A stretch of DNA of 64,000 bases, taken from contig DAML01000026.1 in the NCBI GenBank assembly GCA_002497075.1, positions 276-64,275 of the forward strand, in the 5' to 3' direction. The stretch comes from Methanomassiliicoccaceae archaeon UBA472 (GTDB taxonomy: Archaea; Thermoplasmatota; Thermoplasmata; Methanomassiliicoccales; UBA472). A program made the position numbers and the translations under genes. A model generated the notes under the pieces. That model did not search any database. It saw only the letters and a list, made by a program, of their open reading frames with translations, and had not been told where the DNA came from. Below, piece by piece: positions 47,958 to 54,073 of the stretch (its first letter is position 1; every line of letters starts with the position of its first letter).

Positions 47958-47965
47958 TTATATAT
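47958..47965 (+). promoter_or_regulatory. TATA box candidate for the 48004 gene
   Basis: ttatatat lies 39 nt upstream of the ATG at 48004, in a 271-bp AT-rich divergent intergenic region. Confidence 0.4.
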
Positions 47966-48003
47966 CTCATTCGACATATCGTTTAGTTTGCTCGGGGTTT
48001 TAG

Positions 48004-49053
48004 ATGATTCGCTTTGGTCCAGCTGGTATTCCACTTTCTTGTAAGGGTCGCACTTTGAAGGACGGTATCGAGGATGTTCACGGCCTCGGCCTAAACGCCA
48101 TGGAGGTGCAGATGGTCAGGGTGAACGTGTCGCCGCGCTCCCCTGACGACGAGGAGGTCGGTCTGACCCCCCGCCAGCTCGATGGCGACCTAGTGGTGGA
48201 GATGCACCGTAAGAAGGGCAAGAAGGACGTTCAGATTACTAATCTGGATGAGAAGATAAAGGAGGACGATGTCCTGATCAGCCTCTCGTCCGGGCTCGCC
48301 CACAACTTCGACGAACTGCAGAAGCTGGGAGTAATGGGAAGCGAGCTCGATGTTGAGCTATCCATGCACACCCCATATTACATAGACCTGGCCGGCGAGG
48401 GCGATCTCACCAAGAAGAGCATGGACTCCATCCGCTGGGCCGGGCTCATGACCCAGGCCATGGGCGGCAACATGGTTGTAACCCATATGGGGCTTTACGG
48501 CAACATCAGCCGCCGCGAGGCCGCGGAGAACATATCCGACCGTTTGGAGGAGATCGTCACCTGGTGGGAGAAGAACAAGCTCACCCCCAGATTGGGTCTG
48601 GAGACCTCCGGACGCAAGGAAGTGTTCGGGGGTTTGGACGAGATCATGGATCTGTGCGACAAGTTCGACCGCCTGTCGCCTGTGGTCAATTTCGCCCACC
48701 TTCACGCCCGCAGCAACGGCATGCTGCGCGAACCGGAGGACTTCGCTGAGGTCTTCGACAAGGTCAGCAGCTACGTCGGCGGATTTCATTACACTCATTT
48801 CTCGGGCGTGGAGCACGAGGGGGGCAACGAGAGAAGGGTCACCCCCATCAAGAAGGGCGACCTGCGCTTTGAGCCGATGGCCGAGTACCTGGCCGATGCA
48901 AATCTGAACGCCACGATCATCTCCAGCTCTCCGCTCTTGGAGCATGACGCCATGTACATGAAGGTCATTTACGAAAGGGTCATGACCAAGAGGGTCACTA
49001 AGGACATCAAGGTCAAGAAAGGCAAGGGTGCCAAGGACGAGGATGAGGATTGA
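48004..49053 (+). CDS. xylose-isomerase-like TIM-barrel protein (AP endonuclease 2 / endonuclease IV-related family)
   Basis: 349 aa. The N-terminus FGPAGIP... and the HTPYYIDL, THMG and HYTHFSG metal-ligand contexts resemble the family. It has a charged insert and a Lys/Asp/Glu-rich tail. Confidence 0.7.
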   Translation: MIRFGPAGIPLSCKGRTLKDGIEDVHGLGLNAMEVQMVRVNVSPRSPDDEEVGLTPRQLDGDLVVEMHRKKGKKDVQITNLDEKIKEDDVLISLSSGLAHNFDELQKLGVMGSELDVELSMHTPYYIDLAGEGDLTKKSMDSIRWAGLMTQAMGGNMVVTHMGLYGNISRREAAENISDRLEEIVTWWEKNKLTPRLGLETSGRKEVFGGLDEIMDLCDKFDRLSPVVNFAHLHARSNGMLREPEDFAEVFDKVSSYVGGFHYTHFSGVEHEGGNERRVTPIKKGDLRFEPMAEYLADANLNATIISSSPLLEHDAMYMKVIYERVMTKRVTKDIKVKKGKGAKDEDED

Positions 49054-49589
49054 AGGAGACCACCGCCTACATTCTTGACGAGGTCAGGCGGACCATCGAA
49101 AAGGTCGACGAGACGATAATAGATGATATCGTCACCACCCTCGCCGCCGCCCCCAAGATATTTATCTACGGGGTTGGACGGTCCGGACTGGTCGGCGAGG
49201 CGTTCGCCGCCCGTCTGGTGCAGATCGGCCTCAACGTTCATTTCGTCGGAGACACGACCACGCCTATCGTGGAGAAGGGGCACGTCGTGCTCATCATCTC
49301 CAACACCGGGGAGACCATGTCCGCGGTGCAGACCGCCAACATCGTCCGTCGTCTGGGAGCGGTGGTGATAAGCATCACCGGCAGCGCCCACTCGAAGCTG
49401 GGGATCGCCAGCAACATCGTGATGGAGCTTGTGCAACCGAGGGATGAGCAGAAGAAGAGGAACGCGCCGCTTGGAACGATATTCGAGGCGTCCAGCATGG
49501 TCATGATGGACTCCATGGTGCCGCTTCTGATGGCCAAGCTGAACCAGGACGAGTCCTCGTTAAGACGAAGGCACGCCATCTGGGTCTGA
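49050..49589 (+). CDS. phi: 6-phospho-3-hexuloisomerase (SIS domain)
   Basis: IFIYGVGRSGLVGEAFAARLVQIGLNVHFVGDTTTP, PLGTIFEASSMVMMD and the C-terminal LNQDESSLRRRHA closely parallel archaeal PHI. The TTG start overlaps the upstream stop. Confidence 0.88.
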   Translation: MKETTAYILDEVRRTIEKVDETIIDDIVTTLAAAPKIFIYGVGRSGLVGEAFAARLVQIGLNVHFVGDTTTPIVEKGHVVLIISNTGETMSAVQTANIVRRLGAVVISITGSAHSKLGIASNIVMELVQPRDEQKKRNAPLGTIFEASSMVMMDSMVPLLMAKLNQDESSLRRRHAIWV

Positions 49590-50186
49590 TCACATCCTTA
49601 TTTTCCGGGGACGAACGCTCTCGCCGTAATAGGGATTCTGGAACTCGTCCCAGTACACCAGGAACTTTCTGCGCCGAACTTCGTCGTTGGAAAGGCAGAA
49701 GGCGTCCATCTCCTTGCGGATGGGATCGACCACCAGGGCGGTATGGTATGGCTTATCGAACATCCCCTTCTGGGTTGACACGTCCGTAGAGGAAAGGAAG
49801 CAGCCGTGCCCGGGATGGGAGTGGTACCAGCCCACGAGCACGTAGCGGAACCGGGCGCATTCCAGTGAGGCGAACAGTGATTCGAAGCCCTCCGGGTCGA
49901 ATCTGACGCTTACGGACGTCGCTTCCAGATCGGTGGTGGCCACATCACGGACCACCGTGTATTCCGCGCCTTTGTGCGTGAACACCTCGCCGAGCAGGAA
50001 GCCCATGACCTCCAGCCCCGCCTTTACCTGGGAGAGGGCGTGGTTGCGCACCTTCTCCTCGGCGGTCTTGAAGAGATACATCTCCGCCCCCCTGATGTCC
50101 GTGTAAAGCGATGCGGCCTCCTTGGGCAGCCACTTGTGCGGCAGCGTTCTCTCCTCGGCCGGGGGCAGCATCTCCTCCACCTCCAT
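49590..50186 (-). CDS. MPN+/JAMM metalloprotease (Rpn11-like deubiquitinase candidate)
   Basis: About 198 aa. GFLLGE (catalytic Glu context) and the complete JAMM motif WYHSHPGHGCFLSSTD. I chose the ATG at 50186, 32 nt after the E2 stop; the ORF is open back to 50402. Confidence 0.85.
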   Translation of the reverse strand: MEVEEMLPPAEERTLPHKWLPKEAASLYTDIRGAEMYLFKTAEEKVRNHALSQVKAGLEVMGFLLGEVFTHKGAEYTVVRDVATTDLEATSVSVRFDPEGFESLFASLECARFRYVLVGWYHSHPGHGCFLSSTDVSTQKGMFDKPYHTALVVDPIRKEMDAFCLSNDEVRRRKFLVYWDEFQNPYYGESVRPRKIRM

Positions 50187-50218
50187 GTCCTTTCCGCCGA
50201 GGATGACCGGGGGCCTCT

Positions 50219-50725
50219 TCAACGACGCACCACCTTGGGAGCGGGGGCGATTATCACCGGAGGTGTTCGACGGGGGGAGGAATTGAAGTACTGGGCGGCG
50301 GCGGTGCAGGTGTCGGTGCCGAACGGGCTGTTGCCGTTCGGCGAGATGAGCAGGGATTCCAGCCCCTTTATGAAATTGGATAACGTGGAATTGAAGGACC
50401 ATTCCGAGAGCAGCTTGATGCAGACATGACCGCCATCCTCGGGCATCATGATGTTGGGATGGAATATCGGCGTCCTCCAGATCACCAGCGGCTTCTCGAA
50501 CGGATATTCTCGGCCGATTATCAGCTCCAGCCGGTGGTTGTAACGGTAACCGAGCTTCCCGTTCTCCATGACCGGGCCGGGTATGCCTTCCATGGCCACC
50601 TCCACCTTCAGCGGGAACGTCGTCAGATGCCCTTCGCTGTAATCGAAGTCTTTGGGGAGGTTGTGATGGCAGGCCTCCAGCTCGTTCCTCAATCTTATGT
50701 AAAGGATCTCCTGGGGCAGGGTCAT
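50219..50725 (-). CDS. ubiquitin-conjugating enzyme E2 (UBC fold)
   Basis: 168 aa. YPFEKPLVIWRTPIFHPNIMMPEDGGHVCIKLLSEWSF...LESLLISPNGNSP reproduces the eukaryotic UBC pattern YPf.pP...F.t.i.HPNi...G.iCl..L...W...i..LL..PN...P, including the catalytic Cys. Confidence 0.8.
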   Translation of the reverse strand: MTLPQEILYIRLRNELEACHHNLPKDFDYSEGHLTTFPLKVEVAMEGIPGPVMENGKLGYRYNHRLELIIGREYPFEKPLVIWRTPIFHPNIMMPEDGGHVCIKLLSEWSFNSTLSNFIKGLESLLISPNGNSPFGTDTCTAAAQYFNSSPRRTPPVIIAPAPKVVRR

Positions 50726-50967
50726 CTGTTCCCGCCCTCGGGGTCGGGTATCAGCTCAAGCTCCTCGTTGGCCTGGACATCCAGTTCCTGGACCTTCTGC
50801 TGACCGCGTAGCAAGCGCCGGCCCTTACGGATGACGTAGGCGCCCGGGTCCTTCTCCCAATAGGCCGAGACGCCCTCGATGATCTCCTCCACGGTGTTCT
50901 CCATCTCCAGCTCCATGTCGACCGTGGCACCGGTCTCCGCGTTCCTGACCCTTACCCTTACCACCAT
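50722..50967 (-). CDS. ubiquitin-like (beta-grasp) modifier precursor ending GG-NR
   Basis: 81 aa. The alternating beta-strand-like start is VVRVRVRNAETGATVDMEL. The C-terminal tail is LELIPDPEGG followed by two extra residues (NR). The stop overlaps the E2 start (ATGA at 50722-50725). Confidence 0.65.
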   Translation of the reverse strand: MVVRVRVRNAETGATVDMELEMENTVEEIIEGVSAYWEKDPGAYVIRKGRRLLRGQQKVQELDVQANEELELIPDPEGGNR

Positions 50968-51025
50968 TTTATCGCCCCGGGCAATCCCTGGGAAGGAGGT
51001 ATAATCCTTTCCATTAGAGTCAGCA

Positions 51026-51913
51026 TTATGATAATTTGGCCGAGAGATGATTGGAACAGCCTGGGTCGATGTCTAGGGCGAATACTTCGCTCGTCCCCGC
51101 CAGACCATCGTAATGCATCACGTTCGCGATCGCCGATCTTCCGGAGAGGATCTTCACCGCCTCCCTCACCTGCACGGCGGCTACTATGCTGGTGGTGGTT
51201 ATCTCCGCCGCCATCTTCGGCTGGTAGAACACGGTGTCCTGACCGGTGCAGCTGAAGCGGCGCTCCATGACCTTGAAGTGGCTGCGGTTCATGCCGCATT
51301 GCAAGCATGGCGAAAACGGAGGGACGACCGCCTGCACCCTTCCCCGGAACCCGTCCGTGCCGCCGTCCACGTAAGGCACCTGGGCATGATAGGAGTTGGC
51401 GTTCAGGTGCAGTCGGGCCGCAACGTTATCCAGGCACCCCAGTATCATGTCGTATCGTTTCATATCCTCCGGACCCAGGGACTGTACCTTCCCCTCGATG
51501 GCCTTGATATCGATCTCCGGACATAGCCCCCTGGCCCTCTCCGCGACCAATGGCGCTTTGCCTTTTCCGGATGATTGATCGCCTTCCCGGAACAGCACAC
51601 AGCGGCTGAGGTTTGACCGCACCACGGTATCCATGTCCAGAACGTCCACGTGGCGGAAGCCGAAGAGCGCCAGGTCCTTCACCGCTTCGTTCCCCAGCGC
51701 ACCCGCTCCGACGACGAGCACGTTGGAGGAACTTACCTTATCCATGTCCACCCAGGTAATGAGCCTGGTCCGGTCGTGGCGGTCCTCGTCCCTTTCCCCT
51801 GGACGGATCAGCTCGGCCATGTCGGGAGCGACCGATCCCTGACTATAAAAAAATGGACCGTACCAGTACATATTGTGATATTCACGAACATATGGACTGG
51901 ACGGTAACCTCAT
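51026..51913 (-). CDS. ThiF/MoeB/UBA-type E1-like adenylating enzyme
   Basis: About 296 aa. The nucleotide-binding motif is VLVVGAGALGNEAVKDLALFGFRHVDVLDMDTVVRSNLSRC. GCLDNVAARLHLN and the CxxC motif (PCLQCG) are also present. I chose the ATG at 51913 because the longer ORF (to 52348) would run antisense through ppk. Confidence 0.85.
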   Translation of the reverse strand: MRLPSSPYVREYHNMYWYGPFFYSQGSVAPDMAELIRPGERDEDRHDRTRLITWVDMDKVSSSNVLVVGAGALGNEAVKDLALFGFRHVDVLDMDTVVRSNLSRCVLFREGDQSSGKGKAPLVAERARGLCPEIDIKAIEGKVQSLGPEDMKRYDMILGCLDNVAARLHLNANSYHAQVPYVDGGTDGFRGRVQAVVPPFSPCLQCGMNRSHFKVMERRFSCTGQDTVFYQPKMAAEITTTSIVAAVQVREAVKILSGRSAIANVMHYDGLAGTSEVFALDIDPGCSNHLSAKLS

Positions 51914-51946
51914 ATATACTGGAGGTAGGATGTAATAAGGACGCCC
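51911..51946. promoter_or_regulatory. 33-bp back-to-back intergenic region between the E1 gene and ppk, with TATA-like elements
   Basis: catatatact (51911-51920) lies about 27 nt upstream of the ppk ATG (51947). On the other strand CTTATTACA lies about 15-25 nt upstream of the E1 ATG (51913). Both genes would be near-leaderless. Confidence 0.35.
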
Positions 51947-54073
51947 ATGCCGGCCCGCAAGAGCAGCGCAGACCGTAAGACCAGTGCTCGCAACAGCAAG
52001 TCCAAGAAGCAGTCCAGGAACTCGCCGTTCATCAACCGGGAGATCAGCTGGGTACGGTTCCACAAGCGAATACTTGAGGAGGCGCAGGACACCGCCCACC
52101 CCATTTTGGAGAGGGTGAAGTTCCTGGCCATCTGCGGCAGCAACCTGGACGAGTTCTTCATGGTCCGGGTGTCCGGGCTGATGAGTCAGTTGAAGAAGGG
52201 CGCCCTGGAGGCACCGCCGGACGGACTGACGCCTTTGGAGCAGCTGGAGACCATCAGTGAGGAAATTCTGCCGTTGCTGGAAGCGCACGGCAAGCTGTGG
52301 CATGAAGATCTCCAGCCCAAGCTGAGGACGGCGGGTATCAGTATCCACACCGTGAAGGACCTCGAGCCAGACAAACGCCAGGGATTACGCGATTACTTTG
52401 AGCGGATGATCTTCCCGGCCTTGACGCCATTGGCCTTGGACTTCAATCAACCGTTCCCGTTCATTTCCAACCTGAGCATCAACCTGGCCGTCAGCGTGAG
52501 GCATCCCCAGAGAGGGGACCGCTACGCCCGGGTCAAGGTCCCTCTAAGCCTATTCCCTCGCTTCGTGCCTATCCCCGGAAGCGCACTAGGAAAGCAGCAG
52601 GACTTTGTTCTGCTGGAGGACCTGGTGGCCGATAACCTCGATCTGTTGTTCCCGGGCATGAAGGTGCGGGACGTGCACGTGTTCCGCATAACCCGTGATG
52701 CGGACATCGAGATAACCACCGACGAGGCGGAGGACCTTCTGACCGCCGTCGAAGAGAGCGTGGAGACCAGACGTGTCGGTTCACCGATCCGCCTGGAGGT
52801 GGACAACGACATGCCGGATAAGCTCGTCGACCTCTTCGCCACGAAGCTAGGGCTCCATCCTCTGATGGTGTTCCGCTCCCACGCTCCACTCTCGCTGGTC
52901 GGATTCTGGGACCTTCTTTCACTTAACCGACCGGACCTCAAGGACCCGCCGTTCCTTCCCTATGTGCCGCCGGACCTGGTGCCCGAGAAGTCGCTGATGT
53001 CCGCGGTGGAGCATCGCGACCGGCTGTTCTATCATCCTTACGATTCCTTCGTGCCGTTGGTAACCTTCCTGAAGCAGGCGGCCAACGACCCCCAGGTGCT
53101 GGCGATAAAGATCACTCTTTATCGCATCGACAAGCACTCTCCGATCATCGACGCTCTCATGGAAGCGAGGGAGAACGGCAAGGCGGTGGCTGCGGTGGTC
53201 GAACTGAAGGCGCGCTTCGATGAGGAGAACAACATCGTCTGGGCTCGGGCCTTGGAGAACGCCGGCGTCCACGTGGTCTACGGCCTCATGGACCTGAAGG
53301 TGCATGCCAAGCTGCTTCTCGTCGTCCGTAAGAAGGGCGACAGCATCGTGCGTTACAGTCACATGAGCTCTGGGAACTACAACGCACAGACGTCCCGCAT
53401 CTACGGTGACATAGGATACCTCACCGCCGACCCGGACATCGGGGCGGACGTGGCCGACCTGTTCAATTACCTCACTGGATACTCGCACAAGGACTCCTAC
53501 CGAAAGCTGCTGGTGGCGCCTGTGGCACTGAAGAAGGAGATGATCGCTCGCATCGACCGCGAGGCGGCCAGGCAAAGGGAGCATGGGGACGGGTATCTGG
53601 CCTTCAAACTGAACGGTCTTCTGGACCCGGACATCATTCTGGCGCTGTACCAGGCCTCTCAGGAAGGCGTCCGCATCGATCTGAACGTGCGCGGGCTGTG
53701 CGCCTTGCGCCCCGGCGTGAAGGGGCTTAGCGAGAACATCAAGGTCAACAGCATCGTCGGGCGCTTCCTGGAGCACGCCAGGATATACTACTTCCGCAAC
53801 GGTGGTGAGGAGGAGGTGTTACTGGGCAGCTCGGACATGATGCCCCGCAACCTCAAGCGCAGGGTTGAGGTGCTGTTCCCCGTGCTGGACGAGCAGTACC
53901 GCCGGCGGCTGGTGGACGAGATACTGTCTATACATCTGAAGGACAACGCCAAGTCCCGCGACATGCTGCCCGACGGCACCTACGTCAAAAGGAAGATCGC
54001 CAAGGGCGAGGAGAGGGTTGATTCCCAGGCCTGGCTGATCAAGAACCGCGGTTCCTGGCACAGGGAGGAGTGA
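51947..54073 (+). CDS. ppk: polyphosphate kinase 1
   Basis: 708 aa. FINREISWVRFHKRILEEA N-terminus, the autophosphorylated-His region VVYGLMDLKVHAKLLLVVR and the PLD-like HxK motifs. Confidence 0.95.
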   Translation: MPARKSSADRKTSARNSKSKKQSRNSPFINREISWVRFHKRILEEAQDTAHPILERVKFLAICGSNLDEFFMVRVSGLMSQLKKGALEAPPDGLTPLEQLETISEEILPLLEAHGKLWHEDLQPKLRTAGISIHTVKDLEPDKRQGLRDYFERMIFPALTPLALDFNQPFPFISNLSINLAVSVRHPQRGDRYARVKVPLSLFPRFVPIPGSALGKQQDFVLLEDLVADNLDLLFPGMKVRDVHVFRITRDADIEITTDEAEDLLTAVEESVETRRVGSPIRLEVDNDMPDKLVDLFATKLGLHPLMVFRSHAPLSLVGFWDLLSLNRPDLKDPPFLPYVPPDLVPEKSLMSAVEHRDRLFYHPYDSFVPLVTFLKQAANDPQVLAIKITLYRIDKHSPIIDALMEARENGKAVAAVVELKARFDEENNIVWARALENAGVHVVYGLMDLKVHAKLLLVVRKKGDSIVRYSHMSSGNYNAQTSRIYGDIGYLTADPDIGADVADLFNYLTGYSHKDSYRKLLVAPVALKKEMIARIDREAARQREHGDGYLAFKLNGLLDPDIILALYQASQEGVRIDLNVRGLCALRPGVKGLSENIKVNSIVGRFLEHARIYYFRNGGEEEVLLGSSDMMPRNLKRRVEVLFPVLDEQYRRRLVDEILSIHLKDNAKSRDMLPDGTYVKRKIAKGEERVDSQAWLIKNRGSWHREE

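Noticed and set aside
49590-51913. A search for a small RING/zinc-finger (E3) ORF inside or flanking the ubiquitin-like cassette.
   Set aside because: None is present. The gaps are 58 nt, 0 nt and 32 nt, and the flanks are phi and ppk. The only small zinc-ribbon ORFs in the window (35556-35750 and the tail at 40773-40841) are distant and of CPxCG ribbon type, not RING.
51914-52348. The N-terminal 145-codon extension of the E1 ORF.
   Set aside because: It runs antisense through the ppk start and promoter and has no E1-like sequence. It has the same low-complexity character as the other shadow ORFs. The ATG at 51913 gives a normal ThiF-sized protein.
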